A stretch of 64,000 nucleotides of DNA, from contig NC_043026.1 of NCBI RefSeq assembly GCF_006345805.1, positions 8,494,001 through 8,558,000 of the forward strand, read 5' to 3'. The DNA comes from Octopus sinensis (taxonomy: Eukaryota). The notes beneath the pieces are model-generated. The model was not told the origin of the DNA. It searched no databases and saw only the letters and a program-made list of their open reading frames with translations. Of the stretch, positions 11,355 to 23,071 are shown in pieces. The position numbers and the translations under genes were made by a program. The first letter of the stretch is position 1. Every line of letters starts with the position of its first letter.

Positions 11355-13236
11355 TTAGTTTGGTGCAAAGTCAATGGCCAATTTTTTAGAAATCAGTTTT
11401 CGATAGTATTTTTTTAAAATGTGCCTCTTGCAATGTCTGAAGAATATCACAAAGAATAATTTATACATTTTTCTTTCAGATTCTGATTCTATTGGCCATA
11501 ATCGTCTGCTATATTTGCACCCATGTGCACACCATCTAAGGATCACAGCAGACATGTCTTACTCTATGAGTTTGTGGAGGCACATGGCCTAGTGGTTAGA
11601 GCAGTGGACTCGTAGTCGAGGGTTCGAATCTCAGACCGGGCGATGTGTGTGTTTATGAGCGAAACACCTAAGCTCCACATGGCTCTGGCAGAAGGTAATG
11701 GCAAAACTTCTGCTGACTCTTTCGCCACAACTTTCTCTTACTCTTTCCTCCTGCATCTTGCAGCTTACCTGCGACGGACCGGCCTCCACTCCCTCATTTG
11801 AAGGATGCTGCAGAAGTTAGGGGTTGAGAAATGGCTGGGGAGAGCCATCAAAGCCATGTACAGGGGTGTTATCAGTGAGTGGAGGCACATGGCCTAGTGG
11901 CTAGAGCAGCGGACTCGTGGTCGAGGGATCGCGGGTTCGAATCTCAGACCGGGCGATGTGTGTGTTTATGAGCGAAACACCTAAGTTCCACGCGGTTCCA
12001 GCAGAAGGTAATGGCGAAACTTCTGCTGACTCTTTCGCCACAACTTTCTCTCACTCTTTCTTCCTGCATCTTGCACTCACCTGCAACAGACCAGCGTCCC
12101 GTGCAGGTGGGGAACCTATACGCCGAGGAAACCGGGAAACTGGCCCTTATGAGCCAGGCATGGCTCAAGAAGGAACAAACAACTCTATGAGTTTCATAAA
12201 GGTGTCAATGCAAGCACAGCATCAAAGTAACTTCAGAGAATTTATGGGGATCATGTAGCGAGTGAAAGAAGTTGCAGGACATGGTTATCTCGCTTCAGAA
12301 GTGAGGATCTGAGTTTGAGAGATGAGCCAAAAGAAGGTCGTTCAAAACAACTTGATTCCAAAAAGTTGGAAGCTGTTGTCACAGAAAATTCAACCACTAC
12401 TAGTAGAGAACTTGCAGAACAGTTTAACGTAGCCCATACACATGCTCTACGCAAACCGAAAAGGATCTGAAGGATTTCAGTGGTTGGAAAATGGATCCTG
12501 TATGAACTATCTCCAGAGAATCTGCAAGCAGCATGTTGCTTGTTGTCAGTCATTGCTTTCACAACACCTTAAGGAACTATTTTTAGGAAGGCTTGTTACA
12601 GGTGAGGAGAAGTGGATCCTTCACCATAACGTTAAACACCACCGATCGTGGATCAGTTGAGGAGAATTACCTGTTCAACAACCAAGAGGAGGACATATTG
12701 AGTGTATGGTGGGATACTGAAGGAATTGTCCATTACGAAGTGTTAGACAACAATCAAAAACGGTTACTGCTAATCTCTACTGCGATCAACGTCATTATTT
12801 GAAAGCAGCTTTGGACAAAAAGTGAGCCTGCTTAGTCAACAGAAAGAGTGTCATCTTCCACCATGATAATGCCCATCCTCAGACAGTTCGACTGACCAAA
12901 GATCTCTTGGAAGAGCTTGGTTGGGAAATATTGCTTTATCCTCCATATTCTCCGGACCTTCCTCCTTCTGGTTATCACTCGTTTCGGGAGCTACAGAACC
13001 ATTTGAATGGTCTTAGGTTGACATCAAAGGAACAGGTTGAAAATGAGTTGGATTCATATTTCACATCAAAACGTAAAGAATCTTACAAGCATGGCATTTA
13101 TAAGCATATTGACAGATGGTACGAAGTTCTAGAAAGCAATGGAAATTATGTTAATGAATAAATATTACCTTAATCATGGGCTTTTTCATTTTTAATAGGG
13201 ACCTTAAAATCGGCCATTACCTTTGCACCAACCTGA
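11355..13236 (+). mobile_element. Full-length decayed mariner transposon with a nested insertion
   Basis: TIRs ttagtttggtgcaaagtcaatggcc / ggccattacctttgcaccaacctga with TA flanks. Transposase remnants MCTPSKDHSRHVLLYEF, VTGEEKW, LSVWWD, HHDNAHP, YPPYSPDL, with several frameshifts and stops. About 1.26 kb after removing the insert. Confidence 0.9.
11574..12181 (+). mobile_element. Composite SINE - LINE RT fragment - SINE insertion
   Basis: Two gtggaggcacatggcctagtgg tRNA-like heads separated by a ~95-bp RT remnant (LQKLGVEKWLGRAIKAMYRG). TSD actctatgagttt at 11561..11573 and 12182..12194. Confidence 0.8.
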
Positions 13237-13244
13237 TATTATAT

Positions 13245-13620
13245 ACTAGCAGTATCGCCCGGCGTTGCTCAGGTTTGTAAGGGAAATAACTATAAAGCAT
13301 TTTTAGAGAGTTATAGCCAAAAAATAGCAAAAAAATGATGGTAAATTTTTTTTGAGAGTTAAAAAAGGTGGAGTTGCGTCCCCTAGACAGTTTGTGGTTT
13401 GTGTTTCTGATTCTCGACCCCATGTCGAATTTATCGATTTTTTCAGAACTGGGGGAACTTTTCAAAATTTTCGCTGCGTTCGTTTTGAATTATGACATTG
13501 GGCTATGTGTGTGTCAAGTTTCATCAGAATCGGTTGAAAGCCGTGGTCAGGGTGAGGGTACGAGAAAACAGACACACAGACACGCACACAGACAAACTGC
13601 CGTTTATATAGAGAGAGATT
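13245..13620 (+). mobile_element. Non-autonomous Helentron-like (HINE/DINE-1-like) element
   Basis: Starts actagcagtatcgcccggcgttgctc and ends acagacaaactgccgtttatata. A reverse copy lies at ~40010..40378. Confidence 0.6.
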
Positions 13621-13919
13621 TAAACATAAGCACAGGTATGGTTATGTGGTAAGAAGCTTGCTTCCCAACAACATGGTTCTGAGATCAGTCCCATTGCATG
13701 GCACCTTGGGCAGGTGTCTCCTACTATAGCCTTGGGTCAACCAAAGCCTTGTGAGAGGATATGGTAGACGGAAACTGAAAGAAGCCCATTGTATCATGCT
13801 ACATGGCAGTGAAACATGGGCCGTGACTGCTGAGGACATGCAGAAGCTCACAAGGAATGAGGCCAGTATGCTCCGATGAATGTGTAATGTCAGTGTGCAT
13901 ACGCGACAGAGTACCTTGG

Positions 13920-14245
13920 TGAGGGCGCGTGGCTTAGTGGTTAGGGCATTCGGCTCATGATCGTAAGGTTGTGAGTTCGATTCCCGGCGACGCGTTGTGT
14001 CCTTGAGCAAGACACTTTATTTCACGTTGCTCCAGTCCACTCAGCTGGCAAAAATGAGTTGTACTTGTATTTCAAAGGGTCAGCCTTGTCACTCTCTGTG
14101 TCACGCTGATTATCCCCGAGAACTACGTTATGGGTACACGTGTCTGTGGAATGCTCAGCCATTTGCACGTTAATTTCACGAGCAGGCTGTTCCGTTGATC
14201 GTATCAGCTGGGACCCTCGTCGTCGTAACCGGCGGAGTCTTTAAA
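13920..14245 (+). mobile_element. tRNA-derived SINE, full length
   Basis: A-box tggcttagtgg, B-box gttcgattccc, A-rich tail. Confidence 0.8.
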
Positions 14246-14493
14246 AAAAAGTACCTTGAGAGAAAAGTTGGATCTAAGAAGCATCAGATGTGGTGAGCAA
14301 GAGAGACGAATGCTCTGTTTTCTGTGTGTGTGTGAATATTTAGAACATTTTTGAACGTTTACATGTTTGAATAATAGGACCTATTTATGACCTTGAAACA
14401 CCAAGGACTTTTCCCATTCTTCCCAAGCGTTAAACTAACACACCTGCCTGTTGTTCCTTCACCTGTCTTCGTCTTTCGTTTCCTGTATGTATA

Positions 14494-14565
<72 letters not shown>

Positions 14566-15058
14566 TGTGTGATAACTACTACCCATCATTCAAACGTGTT
14601 GAAAATGTATTAGTACTTGTTCTATAATAAAATATCCAGCATATTTCGAAACCTTGCAGTTCTACTAATAAATATGGCTAAAACATGAATCCAACTTAAA
14701 AGGCAACACCAGAGCTTGTGAGATGAATTAAACCCGCTAAGGCAATGCTCTTGCATGGTCATGGTTCAGTAACGAATGAGTAACACACAAAACATACATA
14801 GCTTAAAATGTCCGTTGACCTATTTCTAAATGACACTCAGGCTTTTCAATTATTATTCACTTCTTTCTTGTCAACAAGTCCACACTTTTAAATAACCACT
14901 ATTTCTCAACATAGCAAGTAATTCCACAGAAATTACAAATATTTCTAAATTTAACAAACTATGAAACGGATTATTGTTTTGAATATTGTATTTAAATGTA
15001 ATCTATAACTGATATGTAAAAATAAAATCTTTTTAAACTTAACAGAATAGTTAAGAAA

Positions 15059-15586
15059 TGACAAGACAGTCAGTCGCCCGCTGACACTTGTTGACGCTAC
15101 ATCAAAGAAGCCAGGGAACGGAAGAAAGAAGAAGGAAGAAGACATGCACCCAACACCAGAGCTGAAGACACCTCCGAAAGGAGGGGGGCCCCACCACGTC
15201 AAAACGGTAGAGGAGTAGGGGCCGAAACCGGACGTGGTTCCTCCTGAGGATGTCTTGAGCTAACTGGATCCTATAAAGGAGCTGTTGTGGTAGTAGACCA
15301 CAAAACATGGTTGAAATTCCTAAAGGAAAAAATTTGACAAGACAGTCAGTCACCGGCTGAAACTCACTGACGATACATCGAAGGGGCCAGGGAACGGAAG
15401 AAAGAAGACATGCACCCAACACCAGAGCTGAAGACACCTCCAAAAGGGGGGTGCCCCACCACGTCAAAACGGTAGAGGAGTAGGGGCCGAAACCGGACGT
15501 GGTTCCTCCTGATGATGTCTTGAGCTAACTGGATCCTATAAAGGAGCTGTTGTGGTTGCAGACCACAAAACATGGTTGAAATTCCT
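15059..15586. repeat. Two-copy ~276-bp direct repeat of unknown TE origin
   Basis: tgacaagacagtcagtc...catggttgaaattcct occurs at 15059 and 15335. Confidence 0.8.
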
Positions 15587-16479
15587 CTTTTGCAATATCC
15601 TGCCTCTTATATTATCGCATTGGAACCTCAAGGGTATGCCCTGGCATTTGCCACCATAGATATCTTTCTCTTCCTTTACTCAACCATCTAATTTATATTC
15701 TGATCCCTTGTGAGTATACCTGGTACTTTGCCACCCTCTCTATCCTACAGTCTCCCACTTTCTCTCTCCTTCCCTTGGGTTGAGCAAACGTGTATTTCCT
15801 TTGCGGTAGCGCACCTGTTTCTGTCTTCATTCCTGATCTCTCCCTCTCCAACCATGTATAACCTTGTGCTTCCTCCACAGCAAGACACCTGTATCTGTCT
15901 CTCTGTCTCACTATAACCTTTCATCCTCCAACACAAGATATCCTCCTCCTCTCTTGAAAGTTTTTTTTTTTTGTCTTGCAGAGTACTAGGTGACCCTATA
16001 GTGCAGGTGCCACTTAAAAGCATCCAGCTGTAAAAATCCTGCCAAAACAGTCACAGAGGTCTGGTTCAGGCTTCTGTCTGGCCAGCTTTTGTGAAACTGT
16101 CCCACCATGGAAAGCGGACATTAAACGATGATGATGATGGTGTCAAAATACAACTTATATAAGCGAAATATTAAAACATAAAAAATTAATTTTATAATCA
16201 GTCAATGTATTTCAAATGGAAGAATTATATTTCTTTAAAGATATTAAAATCATGGTTTCTGTTGTTGATCTTTAACTTAAAGTTAATTCTTATTCTATGA
16301 TCAAAGATGTTCTAGCCATGACCTTCCCATATTCTTCATTAACGATAAAATGGTCCAGTTCACACAGAAGTTTAGAAATTTCATAATTGGTTCGTAACAG
16401 AGTTTATAATAATTCCAGAGAATGAAAAATAATTCTCAGAAGCCATTCATCTGACAGATCACATTTAAAATGGTGAGAA

Positions 16480-16790
16480 AATATATTTAGCACATTCCAC
16501 AGTAGAAAAAAGATACCCTTCCCCCACCCCTAACCCTAAATCTAAAATAGATTGAAATGCAATAGATCGATACTAGGGTTATAATTATGGGTGACAATTT
16601 CATATGTCACCGCTACGGAAAATGGGATTTTTTTCTAGCGGTGTCAAATAAAAATGTCACCCATAATTATGGCCCTAGTATCGATCTATTGTATTTCAAT
16701 CTATTTCAGATTTAGGATTAGAGTTAGGGTTAGTTAGTGTTAGTTAGGGTTAGGGTTAGGGGTTCTTCCCAAATGTAAATAAACCCATTC
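16480..16790. mobile_element. Palindromic MITE fragment with TTAGGG-like subterminal repeats
   Basis: ccctaaccctaaatctaaaatagattgaaatgcaatagatcgatactaggg / ccctagtatcgatctattgtatttcaatctatttcagatttagg...gggttagggttagggg. Confidence 0.7.
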
Positions 16791-16799
16791 TATTTCTTA

Positions 16800-17173
16800 A
16801 AGCCTTGGTTTTTGGCAAAGTGCTTAACTGAAGTATAAAGTTACAGAGAGAAATTATAGTTAATGAGAGAAAATGGGAATAACATCACGAAGTATTCTGG
16901 GTTGGAAATAAGTGACAAACACCGCAGAGTGTAGTGAATATTCAAATTTAGATATTTACTAGACGTCTCTGAAGGAAAATATAAGGGATGATATGTTTAG
17001 AGGTTAATAAGAGCCTTGGTTTTTGGCAAAGTGCTTAACTGAAGTATAAAGTTAGAGAGAGAAAATGGAAATAACATCACGAAGTATTCTGGGTTGGAAA
17101 TAGGTGACAAACACCTCAGAGCATAGTGAACTTATATTTTCGTTTAAATATATATTTACTAGACGTCTCTGAA
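16800..17173. repeat. Two-copy ~200-bp direct repeat
   Basis: agccttggtttttggcaaagtgcttaactgaag...actagacgtctctgaa occurs twice. Confidence 0.75.
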
Positions 17174-17687
17174 CGAGGTTAATTAAAATGATTTTCACAA
17201 TATTTACCGGAATCAATAACAGGATTTCAATCTCCGCAGAAGATTTTTCTGTCTTATAGATGTCTTGGAAGTTGAATTCGTTGAAGATGTGACAAAATTG
17301 TCACACCTGCCAGTGTTTAACTGCCATTTGCCTGAGAGAAGCCGACAGGTACGTCAGCGTTACTTAGCATATGCCTTTGCTTAGATGCGTGTGTGTATAT
17401 CGTAATGTGTGTGTAGGCGGGTATGTTGAAGTGATATGTATGTATGTACATGTTTAATTAAATAAGTGTGTGTGCTGTAGTGTATATGTGTGTGTGAGTG
17501 TGTCAAATATTTTCCATTGACTTCCGCTGACATTCCCAGTGACCATAAATAATATATTTTTTCCTTTTCCCCAATTCTCTCTCTCTTTCTTTCTCATTTA
17601 CGTCGTTTCCGACGCTGTCGCCACCACCACACAAACAGTTTCCATAAAAACAACACTTAATGTCCGTCAACAACATATTTTGGCTCA

Positions 17688-18114
17688 ATCTTTCGTCTCT
17701 AGTAGACCTTTCCGTCGATTTCCGTAAAAAACTTCCTTTTTTTTTTACATATGGGCTTGCGGGAACTTTTGAAGTAATGAGAGCGAAAGAGACTAAGAGA
17801 AAGCGATTGTATGACGAGGGAAGTTCTTTTGAAGTTACCGTGCATGGCAAGCATTGATGTACATGTGTGTGTGTGTGTGTGTTTGATGGGGTGTGGGAGA
17901 CAGACAGTATGTTGTGTAAGTGAAGTGCTTCTGTTAGTGTGTGTAAAGAGACAGAGAGAGTAATGTGTGAAAGAGAGAGATAACTGAAATTTTTTACTCG
18001 GTGTATGTGTATATGTATGTATATTACTTCAAAAGTTCCCGCAAGCCCATATGTAAAAAAAAAAAAAAAAATTTTTACGGAAATCGACGGAAAGGTCTAC
18101 TAGAGACGAAAGAT
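17688..18114. mobile_element. MITE with ~85-bp TIRs
   Basis: atctttcgtctctagtagacctttccgtcgatttccgtaaaaa...catatgggcttgcgggaacttttgaagtaat and its reverse complement at ~18023..18114. Confidence 0.8.
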
Positions 18115-18269
18115 CGCCCATATTTTTATTGTTTTCGTCTCATTCCGTTACATGGTTAAAAATTTATTTCGAATGCTTCAACACGTATACATGTGGTGTA
18201 TGCAAGAGATTCGAAATAAAGGCACCTACCTTCTCTTCGCTCAGACGGAGACCCTTCAACGGTAATGGA

Positions 18270-18622
18270 TCCTTCAGAAACGTTAGCATGCCGGACGAAA
18301 TGCTTAGCGGTATTTCGTCCGCCGTTACGTTCTGAGTTCAAATTCCGCCGAGGTCGACTTTGCCTTTCATCCTTTCGGGGTCGATAAATTAAGTACCAGT
18401 TACGCACTGGGGTCGACGTAATCGACTTAATACCTATGTCTGTCCTTGTTTGACCCCTCTGTGTTTAGCCCCTTGTGGGTAGTAAAGGAATAGGTATTTC
18501 GTACGTCGTTACGTTGTGAGTTCAAATTCCGCCGAGGTCGACTTTGCCTTTCATCCTGTTGGGGTCGATAAATTAAGTACCAGTTACGCACTGGGGTCGA
18601 TGTAATCAACTTAATCCCTTTG
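18270..18622 (+). mobile_element. SINE dimer
   Basis: Same family as 10182..11332. Confidence 0.8.
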
Positions 18623-19189
18623 TAATGGATCCTTCAACACAGCCCGACCCGAACGCTAGAGATAGCAGCTGCTTCACCCAACCTTAACAACGTGCTGACC
18701 CCGTCTTACCCGCTCGGCGACCTGACTCGAAAAGGCAGAATGCTGCCCTCGCTCCGCGCGCGTCACCGCTGCCCCTTCCGGTCAGCCCCAAGTTCCGGTC
18801 AGCTCCCCAGCTGCTGACCTCATCCCACAATACATACATATTAACACACATAAATGTGTGTGTGTGTGAGAGAGAGAGATGGCTCTTGAGCACTACTGGC
18901 AAAATGTAACACAGTAACAACCTGTTGCTTGGTCGGGTTGTGGGCGACTAAACTGTATTCCTTTATTCCTTGTCTGTCCTTGTTTGTCCCCTCTGTGTTT
19001 AGCCCCTTGTGGGTAGTAAAGAAAAATATAGAGAGAGGAAAGAACAGAGGCGGGGATGAAACAAGGACAGTCTTACGCAGGGCTGGGGTTACAATCGTGA
19101 TACTTTACATGAAATACGGATGATAAATCGAATTTGACAATGAAAATGAAAAATGCAAATAAAAATATAATTATAATTAAATATAATTA

Positions 19190-19523
19190 GGCGCAGGAGT
19201 GGCTGTGTGGTAAGTAGCTTGTTTGCCAGCCACATGGTTCCGGGTTCAGTCCCACTGCGTGGCACCTTGGGCAAGTATCTTCTACTATAGCCTCGGGCCG
19301 ACCATAGCCTTGTGAGTGGATTTGGTAGACGGAAACTGAAAGAAGCCCGTCGTATATATATATATATATATATTGTCAAATTCATTGTCAAATTCGATTT
19401 ATCATCCGTATTTCATGTAAAGTATCACGATTGTAACCCCAGCCCTGCGTAAGACTGTCCTTGTTTCATCCCCGCCTCTGTTCTTTCCTCTCTCTATATA
19501 TTTCTTTACTACCCACAAGGGGC

Positions 19524-19591
<68 letters not shown>

Positions 19592-19743
19592 TAGGAGTGG
19601 CTGTGTGGTAAGTGGCTTGTCTGTCCGGGTTCCGGGTTCAGTCCCACTGCGTGGCATCTTGGGCAAGTGTCTTCTACTATAGTCTCGGGCCGACCAAAGC
19701 CTTGTGAGTGGATTTGGTAGACGGAAACTGAAAGAAGCCCGTC

Positions 19744-19745
<2 letters not shown>
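19190..19745 (+). mobile_element. Two tRNA-derived SINE heads (ggagtggctgtgtggtaag family) with (TA)n tails
   Basis: Copies at ~19190..19352 and ~19590..19745. Others at 44285..44440 (minus), 49382..49540, 60855..61262 and 61730..62160. Confidence 0.8.
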
Positions 19746-19825
<80 letters not shown>

Positions 19826-20574
19826 GACGGGCTTTGCGTATGTGAATCGCAGGGTTACGTCGTATATGGAGCCTCCACTTGTAGAAAATAGATATAAACA
19901 GTCTTTGACTGCCATTTCTAATTCTTTCGGTATGCTGCCTGCCCTTTTAATTATATTTACTATATATACGGAACTCTACAGAAGTTCCTGACGCTAAAAG
20001 TCATATTTACATACCGAAATTTACCGGTAAATAATTGTTGGTTATCGAAAAAACCATGAAAAATTATTTACCCTTTTTATTATATTACCATTTGGATTTC
20101 TTACTCCATTGCGATCATCCCGGTGGCGCGCATGGTAGAATTTTGGAGGGAAATTTGCGGTCCCAGTCGTTTACTTAGTTTTAACCTATGCACTCTCCCC
20201 CCACTATCTGATGTCGCATGGTCAGAGGTGAGGTTAGTTGGCATTTGATAAAGCTAACGAATATGGTGCTGACGAAAGAAATTAGGCAATTTCTCGCCTA
20301 CGATCTAGAAACATGTTCACCATTAACGGTAAGAGACTTTTCGCTTATTTTCTTTCCGATTTTACGTATGTGAATCGCAGGGTTACGTCGTATATGGAGC
20401 CTCCACTTGTAGAAAATGGATATAAACAGTCTTTGACTGCCATTTCTAATTCTTTCGATATGCGGCAGAGCAACCTGTTTCCTGCCCTTTTAATTATATC
20501 TATATATATATATATATATATACGAAGGGAACTTACTGTGTGATTGACCGTTATTAAGACAAAAGGAGCTATTT

Positions 20575-20685
20575 GAATGACCACTAAGTAAGGGGAGGGA
20601 GTACAGGTAAGGGAGTAAAAACGCGATTACAATGAACATTTTTACTCCCTTACCTGTACTCCCTCCCCTTACTTAGTGGTCATTC
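20575..20685. repeat. Perfect 47-bp inverted repeat with a 17-nt loop
   Basis: gaatgaccactaagtaaggggagggagtacaggtaagggagtaaaaa (20575..20621) and its exact reverse complement (20639..20685). Confidence 0.9.
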
Positions 20686-20837
20686 TAATAGTTCAGTCAC
20701 ATAGTAATTTCCCTTGCTTCACGGTCATTTTCATAGCAAATATTTTTTTTCATGGCCCAATAACTGATGAGATGCCAGCGTGGGTTTCTTTTCATATAAA
20801 AATGGAAAAAAAATTTAATATGATCCATAAAAATCCT

Positions 20838-21451
20838 GGGATCTTTTCCTTTTGAACGGCACATGTCAACAAAATTTCTAGTTAACTAAACACTTTTAAA
20901 CTTCGTATACTGGTAGAATGTGTTTATAAAACATCATTTTCTCTTGGTTTTATTGAGAAAATTCTATAGTTTGTAAGATATTTCGTTTGAAAATCCGGGC
21001 ATTTCGGCAATTTTAACCAATCGATTACCTCCATTGAGCTAAAATCATTTGCTGCGTCTAAAACTGAGACGACATCCTGTAACTAATCCTAAACCTCCCC
21101 CCTAACCCTAACCCTAAATTTTTTTTTCTTAATTGTTAAATTAATTTAATTCCATTGCTTTAGTTTTTTTTACACGCGTAACAATTAAATTAATTTAACA
21201 ATTAATGAAAAAAAATTTAGGGTTAGGGTTAGGGGGGAGGTTTAGGGTTAGTTACAGGATGTTGTGTCAGTTTTAGACGCAGCAAATGATTTTAGCTCAA
21301 AAGAGAGCATAGGATTGGTTAAAATTCGAAAAATTAAACTACTTTAAACAAACGAATTACAATTTTATCAAGAAAGCCAAGAGAAAAAAATGTTTTATTT
21401 TAAAGTGTTTAGTTAACTAGAAATTGTCTGCTGTTCAAAGGAAAAGATCCA
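20838..21451. mobile_element. Foldback MITE with long TIRs and internal telomere-like repeats
   Basis: gggatcttttccttttgaacggc...aaggaaaagatcc termini, with ccctaaccctaaccct / agggttagggttaggg internally. A right-half copy lies at ~60625..60843. Confidence 0.8.
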
Positions 21452-22099
21452 AATACTGTCCTAAAGAGCTCTCACGCCATGCTAGATATAACAGCCAAGT
21501 GTGCTAAAAATTAAATTGGTTTACACTTTAAGAAGGATCTGTGAAACACTATACTACAAGGGCGAGAAACGTTAGCACGCCGGGTGAAATTCGTAGCCGT
21601 ATTTCGTCTGTCGTTACGTTCCAAGTTCAAATTCCGCCGAGGTCGACTTTGCCTTTCATCCTTTTGGGGTCGATAAATTAAGTACCAGTTACGCACTGGG
21701 GTCGATGTAATCGACTTAATACCTTTGTCTATCCTTGTTTGTCCCCTCTGTGTTTAGCCCCTTGTGGGTAGTAAAGAAATATATACTACAAGCGGTCTCA
21801 TACGATGCCAGAAATACCAGCCAAATTTGCAACGTGTTATTTACATTACATCATATTATGAAACCTTCGCAGTCTACGCAGTAAAACAGGGTTTAGTTCA
21901 GACAACAGAAATTAATGCGATTTGTGTTGTGTCAAGGGAGAACGTGGTAGTTGATAATTTAAAAAAGGGATCTAAGGAGAGTTATCACCCTTGCTCTGTT
22001 GCACTCTCTTTCTCCTACCATCATTATATATTCCACATCTGTGGCATCTTCTCCCACCTGTCCCTCTCCCTCTTCTATTAAACACACTCGCACACACAT

Positions 22100-22104
22100 A
22101 ACAG

Positions 22105-22137
<33 letters not shown>

Positions 22138-22330
22138 GGCTTTCACCTCATTATAGTGATCCCTATGTCTCCCCCGTTTTACTTCTTTATTACCTCATAC
22201 TCTCCCCTCTTTCAGTAAATACATCGTTCGCCCCTTTTTTTTTGCTGTAGTTCCCCCGTCTCTCTCTCTCTCTCTCTCTCTCTTCCTCTCTCTCTCTTCC
22301 TCTCTCTCTCTCTCTCTTCCTCTCTCTCTC

Positions 22331-22365
<35 letters not shown>

Positions 22366-22906
22366 GTCTATCTCTTTGTCTGTCTGTCTCTCTCTCTCTC
22401 TCGCTTCCTCTCTTTCCCTCTCTCTCTTCCTCTCTCTCTTCCTCTCTCTCTCTTCCTCTCTCTCTCTCTCTCTCTCTCTCTGTCTGTCTATCTCTTTGTC
22501 TGTCTGTCTGTCTCTCTCTCTCGCTTCCTCTCTTTCCCTCTCTCTCTTCCTCTCTCTCTCACTCTCTCTCTCCCTCCCTCTCTCCAACTATCTTCTCGTC
22601 AGAAGACAGAGAGAGCAATAGGTGCCCTGCGATCATGCTAGAATTAGAAGCCAAGCCAAGTACATGCAAGTTGACAGTTTTCATAGAAAGATGCAGAACA
22701 TTTCGGGAAGCAGCTGCAGAAATATTGGAAGGCAAAGTGGACCTCGGCAGAATTTGAACTCAGAACATAAAGACAGGCAAAATGGCGCTAAGCATTTCAC
22801 CCAGCACACCAACGGTTCTGTTCACTCGCTTCCTTCAGGTCTTGGAATACTGAAATTTCTAAAGATTAGACTCAATGGCTGAATATCATTTCCCAAATTT
22901 TTTTTC

Positions 22907-22953
<47 letters not shown>

Positions 22954-22965
22954 TCTCTCTCTCTT

Positions 22966-23001
<36 letters not shown>

Positions 23002-23023
23002 CTCTCTTCCTATCTCTCTCTTC

Positions 23024-23071
<48 letters not shown>

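Noticed and set aside
11478-11540. Acceptor-like site followed by a hydrophobic ILILLAIIVCY frame
   Set aside because: It lies in the 5' UTR and start region of the mariner element.
13920-14000. tRNA-like sequences (also 11574, 11880, 19190, 39285)
   Set aside because: These are SINE heads with A/B boxes that continue into SINE bodies and lack a full cloverleaf.
15160-15240. Hammerhead-like CTGAAGA...CGAAAC in the 276-bp dimer
   Set aside because: No stem II pairing after CUGAAGA and A instead of U at position 16.1, so the core is not satisfied.
17260-17348. Exon-like segment (tag|...cag|gtacgt) with an open frame DVLEVEFVEDVTKL...
   Set aside because: It is homologous to a stop-containing segment at ~46160..46300 on the other strand, so it is probably an old repeat; no partner exons were found.
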